This document shows positions 16,651 to 25,169 of a stretch of 25,169 bases of DNA, piece by piece (the stretch's first letter is position 1; every line of letters begins with the position of its first letter). Position numbers and translations under genes: made by a program. The notes beneath the pieces were generated by a model. The model made no database searches and was not told the DNA's origin. It saw nothing but the letters and a program-made list of their open reading frames with translations. The stretch is from a virus (taxonomy: Duplodnaviria; Caudoviricetes), in the IMG/VR virus record IMGVR_UViG_3300016665_000628, positions 1 to 25,169 of that record. One strand, given 5' to 3'.

Positions 16651-17532
16651 GTGGCAGTAAGCGTAGGGGTAAGCAGTAGGGCGTCTATCGGCGGCAACGC
16701 GTGGTGCTTCGCATCGTTTGAGGATCAGACGACACAGGAGCGGGTTGTCAACCCTTCCGCCATTTGCGGCAGTCGAGACCCTATTGTGCAACGCGTGGCG
16801 ACCGGTCGTAAGCTCGTGCAGTTCCAGCTGACGCACGACGTTACTCGCCCTATTCTGGATCAGTTGTTGTCTTTGGTCGGAACGACCCGTTCAGGGGCGG
16901 GTACGCAGGCGTCCCCTTGGCTGTACACAGCGAACGAGGCTGTAAGCACCACAGAAATCTGCGTTGATAAGGTCGGTGCAAAGCACCGATACACCGGTTG
17001 CCGGCTTCAGCGGCTTGTTCTGCGGGGGCAGGTGGGTACTATGCCAATTCAGGCCGAGTCCACATGGGTTGCCGGTGACGAAGTCGAAGACGCCGCGTTT
17101 TCGTTCACGGACGGGACTGTTGACAATTTGATCGCATTCCCCGGCGCTTTGCTGAATGTTGGCGGCGTGTCGGCTACGCATGACCGGTACGCCATTGTCA
17201 TTGATAACCGGCTGGTCCCCAGCTGGAACGCCAGCGATACGGTTACGGATGTCGGACCTGGTCCGAGACAGGTCTTGTTGGCGTTTGCAGCTCCGTACAT
17301 TACGGCGCACAAGGATCACTATTGGACGAACAGGGCTGTCACCCCGAGGGCTTTGACGCACCAGATAACCAACGGCAACGACTCGTTGACGTTTTCGATG
17401 GGCTATGGCGTGCTGGTCCCGCAGAGCCCTTCTGTCCAAGGTGCGGATCAGGAGATCAGGTTGAACGAAACGTGGGAGGCTTACCGCAGCGGTAACGATC
17501 CGGCATTCACGTTTGCATTGTACGGTACTTGA
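16651..17532 (+). CDS. putative major tail tube protein
   Basis: GAGGAG RBS; 293 aa beta-rich. ICGSRD...VATG..LV and HRYTGCRLQRLVLRG segments resemble tail tube proteins. Confidence 0.65.
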   Translation: MAVSVGVSSRASIGGNAWCFASFEDQTTQERVVNPSAICGSRDPIVQRVATGRKLVQFQLTHDVTRPILDQLLSLVGTTRSGAGTQASPWLYTANEAVSTTEICVDKVGAKHRYTGCRLQRLVLRGQVGTMPIQAESTWVAGDEVEDAAFSFTDGTVDNLIAFPGALLNVGGVSATHDRYAIVIDNRLVPSWNASDTVTDVGPGPRQVLLAFAAPYITAHKDHYWTNRAVTPRALTHQITNGNDSLTFSMGYGVLVPQSPSVQGADQEIRLNETWEAYRSGNDPAFTFALYGT

Positions 17533-17543
17533 TGAGGCTTTAG

Positions 17544-18368
17544 ATGAACCCCCCACTGATACCAGCAGAACTCGACGACGGTGGTACTACAGCCATCTGT
17601 CTTACGTCTGACGCTGCAGAGATATCCCCTGTGCTGTACGTCAGGTCCACAGTTGGCTTGGCGGAACCGACAGAGCAATTTGCCGCGTACTTACGGTTCA
17701 ATAAAAACATACGATGGTTGTCTCCCATATTTCGACCGCCTTACGTTTTTACGCTGGCACCGATTGACTATACGGAGAGTTTTGTCGAGAGGGTTGTCTC
17801 CTGCGACACAGACTTTACGGCAGTGCTGCGGGCATTAGCCGCCCCAGCGATGACGCCGGAACAGGTGCGAGAGCACGCTGTGATGCAATTTCATCGGCCA
17901 GACGTTAGCTCCTTTTCGTGCCAGTTGTGCTTTCAGTACCGCGTTGATCTGACAACTTTCACTGTCGGAGTGGACCACTCAGGACGCCCGTACCGACTCC
18001 CTCCGGGCGAAAAGCCGCACTGCCAGAAACCCGGCGCCTACTGCGATAAAGGCGATCCCGAGACCAGCTTAGGTGTGTCAAACCCGCAGTTCCAGAAATT
18101 GTGGCACCACTATTGGACGCATCGATACCGAACCCATAAACTTAACAACTGCCCGAGGTATGCCGTGTACCGTACAGTCATAGACAATGTGGTGACGCGT
18201 GGAAACAATCCCGGAACTGATTCGCTTGCTGGCCGAGGCGCCTCCCGAAGAGCGGGTTCTCCCAAACCCAATGGAGCTCCTCCAATCGTCGAGGTTTCGC
18301 CTCCAGACGTCCCGTGCCTCTTCTGCGGTAGTACAGCCTGTCAGTCAGGCCAGTGTCGCGAAACGTGA
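17544..18368 (+). CDS. Cys-rich hypothetical protein at the tail assembly chaperone position
   Basis: GAGG RBS; follows the tube gene; CQLC, C...C.KG and CLFC motifs. Confidence 0.55.
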   Translation: MNPPLIPAELDDGGTTAICLTSDAAEISPVLYVRSTVGLAEPTEQFAAYLRFNKNIRWLSPIFRPPYVFTLAPIDYTESFVERVVSCDTDFTAVLRALAAPAMTPEQVREHAVMQFHRPDVSSFSCQLCFQYRVDLTTFTVGVDHSGRPYRLPPGEKPHCQKPGAYCDKGDPETSLGVSNPQFQKLWHHYWTHRYRTHKLNNCPRYAVYRTVIDNVVTRGNNPGTDSLAGRGASRRAGSPKPNGAPPIVEVSPPDVPCLFCGSTACQSGQCRET

Positions 18369-19131
18369 AGCTGCGGCAGTAGGTGCAGCTGTACCTGCCG
18401 TACGGAACCAAGCGAAGACCGCAACCGCTTCAGCGTCTGCACCACCTCAGTCGGCCACCGATCCGGCAGCGCCCGTTTCGCGGAATGAGTTTACCAAACC
18501 GGGCGCCGCGGCCCGATTGTCTGAAGCCTCGATGGTTGCACCTGCAGTACCAACCTCGACGATACCTCAGACAGTCGGCCCGGCGCACGTGTTACGGTAC
18601 GACTGGTATTCCGAACCCCCGGCAGAGGTGCAAGCTCAGGAAGCGGTGTCTACGCCGTTTGCGACCCCTGCCGAACGGTTGTCCGCTTTGCAGGAGTCTG
18701 CGGAGTTCGCTCGCCAGAACCATATCGCCGGACGTGCGGCTGCGGTTGATTTAAGTCGTAGTTACGTCGGAGCCACGGCTCGTGTAGTATCTCCTGAGTA
18801 TGCTGCCGGTGTGCTTGCTATGCCGCAGATCCCGAGTCAACAGCAAGGTGATGCAGCTAAGCCCAATGTGCCGTACTACACCTCTGGTGTGCAGGTCACG
18901 CCAACCACCCGCGTAGATTTCGCGATTCCGAGGGCGGCCCCTTTCAACGCTGCTGAGCTGTTTTCTGCAGCAGACCGCTTGACTGCGGAGAGGGCTCCAA
19001 GCGACCCTCGCGGTCTGCCAATCCGAGACCTGACGCAGCCGTTGCCGCAAGCCGGTGTCGAGTCAACGGCAGAAACCGCTGCTCGCCACTACGCACGGCA
19101 TCAGTCCACTGAGTTTGACAGGAGGTACTGA
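18199..19131 (+). CDS. Ala/Pro-rich low-complexity protein (at the position where a tape measure gene is expected)
   Basis: 310-aa ORF filling the space to 19135. Start uncertain (GTG 18199 or a later ATG); overlaps the previous ORF by up to 170 nt. Confidence 0.6.
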   Translation: METIPELIRLLAEAPPEERVLPNPMELLQSSRFRLQTSRASSAVVQPVSQASVAKREAAAVGAAVPAVRNQAKTATASASAPPQSATDPAAPVSRNEFTKPGAAARLSEASMVAPAVPTSTIPQTVGPAHVLRYDWYSEPPAEVQAQEAVSTPFATPAERLSALQESAEFARQNHIAGRAAAVDLSRSYVGATARVVSPEYAAGVLAMPQIPSQQQGDAAKPNVPYYTSGVQVTPTTRVDFAIPRAAPFNAAELFSAADRLTAERAPSDPRGLPIRDLTQPLPQAGVESTAETAARHYARHQSTEFDRRY

Positions 19132-19134
19132 CCG

Positions 19135-19887
19135 ATGATCTTCAAGTATGGTAGCTATTCTCACGACAGCTGTGAGTGCGGGCTGCGTGTGTCCGCAACG
19201 GCCATCATGGATCAGTACCGCCGGCGTATGGGTACGGTGTTCGAGTACACAGTGGTCGGCGTTAAGATCGTCCCGACGCAGAGCACTCCGGACGCCACCA
19301 AGGCCGCCTTGACGGCAGCTCTGCAGGCTATGGAGGCTGCATACGCAGTTGACAACCAGAACTGCGGGCTGTATTTACCGGACGGAACTACGCCGACAGC
19401 TCACGTACTGGTTAGCGCCAACACCTTTGGCGGCATCAAAGTGGTACAGCCTCCGACCTACATTGAGGGGCCTTGGACAGGGCAGGTCGAATACCTCAAT
19501 CGCCGCACCTATTCCATAGTTTTGCGTGCCGAGGTGCGAACAGGGACGGGCCTGCATTCGTGGAAAGAACGGCTGACAATACGAGGAACCGGAGGGGCAA
19601 AATGGCGGTACAGCCCCCGAGAGAACGGCGACCCTCAAAGGCAAGACCTGCAGACAGCCACCACGTTCTACTACATCCAGGAGGGCCAGGCAGTAGGCCG
19701 CCAAGGATACCCAACGCCGTCATCACCGTTGTTCCCGAACCTGGAGCACGGCGAGATGCGAGAGATTGCGTACGATTCCCCGCAAGATTTGAATGCTGCT
19801 GGAAACCCCGAGATGTATCCGATATCGTGGCGGTACGTCCAAGAGGCCACAGTGTCGCAGTTGTTTCCCGGCTTCACGCCCCCGTGA
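19135..19887 (+). CDS. putative distal tail (Dit-like) protein
   Basis: AGGAGG RBS; 250 aa beta-rich; first of the distal tail genes. Confidence 0.45.
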   Translation: MIFKYGSYSHDSCECGLRVSATAIMDQYRRRMGTVFEYTVVGVKIVPTQSTPDATKAALTAALQAMEAAYAVDNQNCGLYLPDGTTPTAHVLVSANTFGGIKVVQPPTYIEGPWTGQVEYLNRRTYSIVLRAEVRTGTGLHSWKERLTIRGTGGAKWRYSPRENGDPQRQDLQTATTFYYIQEGQAVGRQGYPTPSSPLFPNLEHGEMREIAYDSPQDLNAAGNPEMYPISWRYVQEATVSQLFPGFTPP

Positions 19888-19892
19888 GGTGA

Positions 19893-21548
19893 TTGATGCC
19901 TTGGTCATTTCCCGGAATACAGTACCCGTGTGAGATGGTGTATACGCAGCACGCCGGGTTCGATGCAGATAAAGTGCAGTTGCGTGCGCTTCCGCAGGCG
20001 AGTAACTTCCCGACATCAGGGACTCTTACGATGACGTGGGGCGCTCAGTCCATAACACTACCCAACTGTGTGGTGGACGTAGCGTCGTTCAAACTTACCG
20101 AGGGCAAATTCCTTGACATCATGCTCCTTGACAGGAGGGATCACTGGACGCGATTGCCGACTGTGGCCGGCAGTTACAACCTGCTGATGGGTGGTCAGAG
20201 AGTACCTGCGACAGAAAAGAACTTGCGACAGATAGCGTCGCTGTTATTTACGGCGATGGGTGAGAATGCGGACGTGTCGGCACTCCCGACAAACGTATAT
20301 CCGCGAGTGACGTTTGAACACGCATCTCCGGCCATGCATCTCAGAAAACTGCTGGAGGACTTCGGGTTCACAATCACGCTCGGATTCGGCTCAGAACAGG
20401 TGAAGGTCGTCAAGATCGGGGAAGGGGCGTCATTGCCTACAACAGATGCGTTTCTTCGCACTGAAGGCCTCGACCCGAAAGTCGCGCCACGGTACGTTCG
20501 CACCGTGTTCGGTAAGACCTGCATGCAGGCTCGGCTGGCACTTGAAGCCGTTGGGCTGGACACGGATAACACTTGGAAGCTGATTAACAACTTGTCTTAC
20601 GCACCAACTGGTGGGTGGGGGTCTACGACGCCGTATTCAATGCAAGACGAGGATAATTTGATTGCGGACAATGTGCGGGAAAAAGCCGGTTTTGTCCGTC
20701 GAGCGTACAGAATCAAAGGGTTCGTCAACGACACGGCGCAAGCCCCTACCTGGAACGTGCCGTTTCTCGGGGGCACCATACCCGGACTTGACTACATACT
20801 ACCACTTGAGTCCGGGCTGTTGGAGAAGCAGACGGTACGGGATTGGGACACGCGCGGGTGGCCCAGAGTATACGGCAAGCGCACACGCAAGTTGTCATTT
20901 AACGATCCCACCTTTGCAGCAGGGGAGGATTTGCAGGACACTGCCGTGACCGACGAGGTGACGGATTTCTTCCGCACAGAGAGAGAACACGGCCTCGTCA
21001 TTTTCTCCGAGCCACAAGTTATCTGGAACGCGGGGTCGAACTATTACGAACCAGCTCAGCTGTACCTAGAGTGTGCGTTTCAGATACGCAACCCGACCAC
21101 GTATGCGATGCATCAAACCGTGGTGGACGTAGATGCGTACCCACAAGGCAGTGGATACGCCATAGTCCCCGGCGATTCCCGGCTGGAGATAATCAACACG
21201 TACTCCGGGAGCCACGCCATCTCCGGACAGACGACCAACCAAGCGTCTTTGCAAACGATCGCCGACAACAACGCTACAGCAGCGGCGGGGCTGTACTCCA
21301 CAGGCGCCGCTCAACAGATCGTGTATTCGCAGCCTCAGTTGACACTGCGGTGTGACGGAGCGATCATGCAGGTACAGCATGTGCTGACGTGCGGGGAGTT
21401 CGACCACGCGTTGAACCGCACTGTAGCGTCGCGTAACTGGGAGTTCGACCGCGGTATACCTTCTCGCCGGGAACGGCGTACGGTCGCACAAGCGGAGTTT
21501 GCCGTGCGAGACCTTAGCCAAGCGAGGTTGGAGACTATAGATGGCTGA
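19893..21548 (+). CDS. putative tail tip/baseplate hub protein
   Basis: 551 aa; LLDRRDHW, LRQIASLLFTAMGE, LRKLLEDFG pattern typical of hub-like proteins; synteny. Confidence 0.5.
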   Translation: MMPWSFPGIQYPCEMVYTQHAGFDADKVQLRALPQASNFPTSGTLTMTWGAQSITLPNCVVDVASFKLTEGKFLDIMLLDRRDHWTRLPTVAGSYNLLMGGQRVPATEKNLRQIASLLFTAMGENADVSALPTNVYPRVTFEHASPAMHLRKLLEDFGFTITLGFGSEQVKVVKIGEGASLPTTDAFLRTEGLDPKVAPRYVRTVFGKTCMQARLALEAVGLDTDNTWKLINNLSYAPTGGWGSTTPYSMQDEDNLIADNVREKAGFVRRAYRIKGFVNDTAQAPTWNVPFLGGTIPGLDYILPLESGLLEKQTVRDWDTRGWPRVYGKRTRKLSFNDPTFAAGEDLQDTAVTDEVTDFFRTEREHGLVIFSEPQVIWNAGSNYYEPAQLYLECAFQIRNPTTYAMHQTVVDVDAYPQGSGYAIVPGDSRLEIINTYSGSHAISGQTTNQASLQTIADNNATAAAGLYSTGAAQQIVYSQPQLTLRCDGAIMQVQHVLTCGEFDHALNRTVASRNWEFDRGIPSRRERRTVAQAEFAVRDLSQARLETIDG

Positions 21549-22176
21549 GCCCGCAACATACGCTCGAGGTGCCGCGACTCCGCAATACGCCTTGCGTTTC
21601 AAGAACGTGTCGGGCGAGACGATACCTCCGTACGCTATCATGAGCTTTCGCACGAACCCGGTTAGCGGTATCCTGCAGGCAAACAAGCCCAACGCCAGCG
21701 GGTCCGCTTTGTACTTGGTTAACGGCGCGAGACCCGTTGCAGTCGCAAAGCACAGCGAGGCGTTTTTGTGGACCGTACCCAGACGCGTCAAGATCATCGG
21801 AGCCCCTGACGCAGGATCTCTGGTCGGCCCGATCCCGGGGTCGTGGGGTATTGGTCGAGGGGGTGGCGGGTACCGTGTTCTGTACCCAGGACCCTCTGCA
21901 GATACGACCGCTGTCGTTATTGCGACAGGGGAAGCGGTGCCGAAGTATTTCGGGAGGCTGGACGGGAACTTGGCGGCAGCATCAAACCCTGCGACAACAC
22001 CCTCCTCAGCGTCTTTTAGTGTTTGGAGACGGACGACAGCAGGAACCTTTGAGGACTCCGGGGACAACATTACCGTAATCAATCGGATGAAGAACATCTC
22101 GATTGTGTCCGGAGCTTGGGCAGAGGCGGAAATGGTTGACGGGGAGTGGCGGCTGTACGTAGCAGATTGCGGGTGA
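21541..22176 (+). CDS. putative tail/virion structural protein
   Basis: Coupled to both neighbours; FKNVSGETIPPYAIM...GRLDGNL...DGEW...ADC; Gly-rich, beta-rich. Confidence 0.5.
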   Translation: MAEPATYARGAATPQYALRFKNVSGETIPPYAIMSFRTNPVSGILQANKPNASGSALYLVNGARPVAVAKHSEAFLWTVPRRVKIIGAPDAGSLVGPIPGSWGIGRGGGGYRVLYPGPSADTTAVVIATGEAVPKYFGRLDGNLAAASNPATTPSSASFSVWRRTTAGTFEDSGDNITVINRMKNISIVSGAWAEAEMVDGEWRLYVADCG

Positions 22177-22177
22177 T

Positions 22178-23629
22178 GTGATGCAACTCGGGCGATGTTG
22201 TAAATGTAATCGAAACCCCGTAATGCTCCCGGTTGTAAGGAACTTGAAGCTCGTGGGGCCGATCCCCGCAGAACTCGGAACAGAGACTCTTTCGTGGTCT
22301 TGGGGTCAATTCACAAAGCCGAACTTTCAACGAACTCCTGTCGAACCTGCTACATATGGGTATTTTGTATCACTAGGTCAGATACCGTCGCCGGGCCCGG
22401 TAGACGAATACACTAGGTACTTGGTGCAACCCATGCGGTATACCATACACAGTTGGTCGGAAGGGTTTTATGGCGTAAAAGCATACTACGGAACGATACT
22501 TAGTAAAAGATCGCAGAGCCCTTTGACGTACTCTGCCGGGGTTGGGGGTTCGGATTGGACACGCCCTCCGTACGAATTCATGAAAAGCAATAGGTTGACA
22601 ATGGCGGAAGGGGTGCAGGTTGTACCACCAACGAGCAGGATGCCGCCGTCTTCCGCTTGGCACATGCTAAACTACAACTGCAACACTTTTGGTTGGCGAG
22701 GCGTCGGTAATGATATTGTTGGTCAATGGTATGACCACGGAACTTTCGGGTTCGGCGGCTCAGGGTATAGTATCTACAGAACATACCGAGAACTCATGTT
22801 GCGGTGGGAGGTGAGAGACGCTTTTATGCGTATCCTAGTTGACGGCGTTGACGCCACAGGCGTAATGGCTCTTGACGAACACCACCCTAATAATACACTG
22901 CTGAGTGACACTTGGGTGCAAACCAATCTAGGTGATCTCAGAAACGCTCGAGTGGATGTGGACCTCTGGAGCGCTGTGTACGTAAAACCAGTAAACTGGG
23001 TCGCAGGACCGTGCGCGCCCTATCAAGCGATGCAGGAGGATTGCAAGGCGGGCTCTCGAGCTATTAGAGTAGGTTCTTTCGAAAAAAGCAACCCCCTAGC
23101 TGGGTGGCGGTTAGACTTTTACGGAAACCCTGTCGGCGGGCAGTCACAAGTTTACATAGACCCGGCGACTACGCCCGTCGGCTGGCAGTACGTACCTAAT
23201 GAAAGCTTTTTTAACGAAGCTCTTGGGCAGGGGGACTTCCTAAACCCGTACTCCGACGCCGGGGAGGGCGTCCGGATCATGGCAAACGCCGAGATACCGG
23301 GTATTCAGGTGATAAAAGCTAAGCCAGCACCATACAACGACTTGCTTAGAAAGCGTTTTGTGTGGTATCTACCGGTGCCAAACTCCGGGTACGAGTTCGT
23401 CCTCATGCCCAACGGGTTTCCAAAATACGTCGGCGGCTTGCCTCAGACACAACCGACTTTGATGAAGCCTTTTGCTGAGGGGTTTTTTGGCGCGCCGGTG
23501 GAGAACACCCCCAATCCGGGCATGTGGCTCGACCCTTCGCAGTCAGGAACGGACTTACCGTGGTGGTCTAGCGGAGACACCGCGACGTATTCTAACTACC
23601 CAACTTCTATTTTAGTAAGCCCTCCTTAA
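22178..23629 (+). CDS. putative tail fibre/receptor-binding protein
   Basis: N-terminal GRCCKC; Trp/Tyr/Gly/Pro-rich; distal position in the tail cluster. Confidence 0.4.
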   Translation: MMQLGRCCKCNRNPVMLPVVRNLKLVGPIPAELGTETLSWSWGQFTKPNFQRTPVEPATYGYFVSLGQIPSPGPVDEYTRYLVQPMRYTIHSWSEGFYGVKAYYGTILSKRSQSPLTYSAGVGGSDWTRPPYEFMKSNRLTMAEGVQVVPPTSRMPPSSAWHMLNYNCNTFGWRGVGNDIVGQWYDHGTFGFGGSGYSIYRTYRELMLRWEVRDAFMRILVDGVDATGVMALDEHHPNNTLLSDTWVQTNLGDLRNARVDVDLWSAVYVKPVNWVAGPCAPYQAMQEDCKAGSRAIRVGSFEKSNPLAGWRLDFYGNPVGGQSQVYIDPATTPVGWQYVPNESFFNEALGQGDFLNPYSDAGEGVRIMANAEIPGIQVIKAKPAPYNDLLRKRFVWYLPVPNSGYEFVLMPNGFPKYVGGLPQTQPTLMKPFAEGFFGAPVENTPNPGMWLDPSQSGTDLPWWSSGDTATYSNYPTSILVSPP

Positions 23630-23630
23630 A

Positions 23631-24473
23631 ATGGCGACATCTCTGCCTCTTACGTCATCTTGGTGGACAGCCACCGACTGGCTGAACCCAGACAACCCGG
23701 TGTTTTCTTTGACGGGTGTTGGGTACGTCGAGTTTACGTGGTCCGCAGGAACACCACCGTCCGCTTTTCCCGGGAGCCCGCTAGAGAGCGGCAAGGTGTA
23801 CAGCATGCTGCGTCCGATCGCCGGTGTGCAGTTGTACCTGCGTGTCGTGTCCGGTTCCGTCACGATCTACTACGATAAAAAGGACGGCCCCTCCTTCTCA
23901 CTAACGTTGTCGGGCAACGCGTTCATTGGAGGTGCAGGCAGCGATACGGGGTGGGTTCAGACCCCCGCACCAACCGCGGGGTTTGACAACATAACCACTC
24001 GAGCCGCGGCTAATCCGTACGAGTTCGCCACGTACGCCTACGTTCCGGCACCGGGGTTGCTGGCGTCTGACACGATTCAATTTGCTATTGCCGTGTTTGT
24101 GGCCAACTACTTTGTACCGAACCGTACGTTTCGCGTACGTGCTCTGAAGTACGCCACCGACCAATCGGGTTCTATCACCAGTTGGGCGTCTCTCATCGGG
24201 AAGACCACAACCACGGCGTATGCCGATTGGACGACGAACACCACGCCGTGGATGACGTTTGACATCAAAGCGATCCTGGATGAGCTGAAGGCGTTGGCGG
24301 GGTGGTCGGCGTCATCGCCGATACAACTGTTGATCCGAGATACGGGATCGGCGGCTGCAGGGGCAGACACCCGCGTTTCGTTAGACTTAGGGTCTACCTC
24401 CGCTCGAGTGGCTATTACGCTGACGTCCGGCGGGGGGCCGACGCCGCCAGACCCGGGGCTCGGGGGTCCGTAG
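23631..24473 (+). CDS. putative virion protein with C-terminal carbohydrate-binding-like beta domain
   Basis: TTTAYADW...FDIKAILDELKALAGWSASSPIQLLI resembles DNRLRE/CBM96-like modules. Confidence 0.45.
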   Translation: MATSLPLTSSWWTATDWLNPDNPVFSLTGVGYVEFTWSAGTPPSAFPGSPLESGKVYSMLRPIAGVQLYLRVVSGSVTIYYDKKDGPSFSLTLSGNAFIGGAGSDTGWVQTPAPTAGFDNITTRAAANPYEFATYAYVPAPGLLASDTIQFAIAVFVANYFVPNRTFRVRALKYATDQSGSITSWASLIGKTTTTAYADWTTNTTPWMTFDIKAILDELKALAGWSASSPIQLLIRDTGSAAAGADTRVSLDLGSTSARVAITLTSGGGPTPPDPGLGGP

Positions 24474-24535
24474 TTCTCTGGACGAAACCTAGTCTTGGTG
24501 GTATCCTACAGGCCACCCTGTTCTTTCTGGAGCTG

Positions 24536-25169
24536 ATGATGGCACGTCCTATCACGTCGTTTTTCCCCGTAGTCCCGGTTCAGCCCACCCCGGGGCCGCC
24601 GAAATCTGGTGCATCTGCTGCGGCGAAAAAGGCCGTGAAGGGGGTGTCTACACCAACACCTCCGGTTGCACCTACACCTGCAAAGAAGGCGGCGAAGAAA
24701 ACGCCTGCACCACCTGCGACTACACCTGCGACTACGTCTGCAAAGAAGGCGGCGAAGAAAACGCCTGCACCTGTGGCTGCACCTGTGCCTGCAAAGAAGG
24801 CTGCAAAGAAAGCAGCGAAACCGCCGTCGGAAGTGCTGGCCGAAGTGCAAAAGGGTATGGCCAGCCCTTTGGTCAGTCAGCCTACCGGGCAGAAGTCTTT
24901 GTTTGATAGCGGGCCACCACCAGCAGCACCAGCACCAGCACCAGCACCAGCACCAGCAGCGCGTAAACCTCGCGCTGCCAAGAAGGCTCCCGCACCGGCA
25001 GGCATGGCAAGCCCTTTAACTCCGGAACCCCCATTGCCGGGGCAGATGAATCTGTTTCCAGACCCAGCCCCGTCAAGCCCTGCAGAGCCGCAGATGTCCC
25101 CCACCGTAAGTGCTCCGATGACTACGGCAAGTGGGTACCCGATGACTACGGCGGGGGAGTACCCCGGGG
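24536..25169 (+). CDS. N-terminal part of a Pro/Ala/Lys-rich protein with histone-H1-like PAKKAAKK repeats (truncated by window end)
   Basis: GGAG at 24529, ATGATG at 24536, open frame to the window edge: MMARPITSFFPVVP...PAKKAAKKTPAPP...SAKKAAKKTPAPVAAPVPAKKAAKKAAKPP. Confidence 0.8.
   Translation, partial: MMARPITSFFPVVPVQPTPGPPKSGASAAAKKAVKGVSTPTPPVAPTPAKKAAKKTPAPPATTPATTSAKKAAKKTPAPVAAPVPAKKAAKKAAKPPSEVLAEVQKGMASPLVSQPTGQKSLFDSGPPPAAPAPAPAPAPAARKPRAAKKAPAPAGMASPLTPEPPLPGQMNLFPDPAPSSPAEPQMSPTVSAPMTTASGYPMTTAGEYPG
24678..24771 (+). repeat. 34-nt direct repeat with 60-nt period (AKKAAKKTPAP)
   Basis: CTGCAAAGAAGGCGGCGAAGAAAACGCCTGCACC at 24678-24711 and 24738-24771, with a degenerate third copy near 24789. 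Confidence 0.9.
24921..24960 (+). repeat. (GCACCA)n hexamer microsatellite encoding Ala-Pro repeats
   Basis: cagcagcaccagcaccagcaccagcaccagcaccagcagc. Confidence 0.85.

Larger units (their letters stand above)
1..25169 (+). mobile_element. Caudoviricetes phage/prophage segment (accessory region plus virion morphogenesis module)
   Basis: Clear terminase large subunit motifs, portal-sized ORF downstream, capsid-like and tail-like genes. Tightly packed co-oriented ORFs with overlapping stop/start codons and no host housekeeping genes. Confidence 0.95.

Noticed and set aside
21066-22097. Long minus-strand ORFs (343 aa here; also 308-994, 5826-6587, 14969-15772, 16891-17556)
   Set aside because: They are antisense to well-supported + strand genes in GC-rich DNA and have no motifs or RBS.
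24661-24830. Spaced direct repeats resembling a mini CRISPR array
   Set aside because: The repeats are in-frame coding units (AKKAAKKTPAP), the intervening sequences are themselves repetitive, and there are no cas genes.
24506-25104. Arg/Cys/His-rich ORFs in the track (24506-24850 -, 24666-25019 +, 24877-25104 -)
   Set aside because: They are alternative-frame shadows of the Pro/Ala/Lys-rich ORF starting at 24536, which has an RBS.
1-25169. tRNA, rRNA, lysis or replication genes; alternative genetic code
   Set aside because: None recognisable. ORFs tile densely under the standard code and TAA, TAG and TGA are all used as stops.

Overview
This is a 25 kb segment of a tailed dsDNA phage or prophage with almost all genes on the + strand. 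A PEP-CTERM protein and a DUF1580-like HTH point to a Planctomycetota/PVC-type host (inference). The left ~4 kb is accessory: small ORFs, a divergent C5-methyltransferase-like gene, a PEP-CTERM surface protein, and a serine recombinase with two tandem catalytic domains. That recombinase has a near-consensus sigma70 promoter and a perfect 13-bp inverted repeat upstream, and a convergent excisionase-like HTH overlapping its 3' end. The rest is a virion module: scaffold, major capsid, decoration protein, probable TerS, an 841-aa polyvalent protein, TerL, portal, adaptor, tail terminator, tube, chaperone-like and distal tail genes, then a truncated histone-H1-like ORF. The most unusual items are the tandem recombinase module, an ADP-ribosyltransferase-like cassette bracketed by identical in-frame 26-nt repeats, the phage-borne PEP-CTERM protein, and a tail cluster with no evident tape measure gene. 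All family assignments come from motif recognition and synteny by eye; no searches were run.
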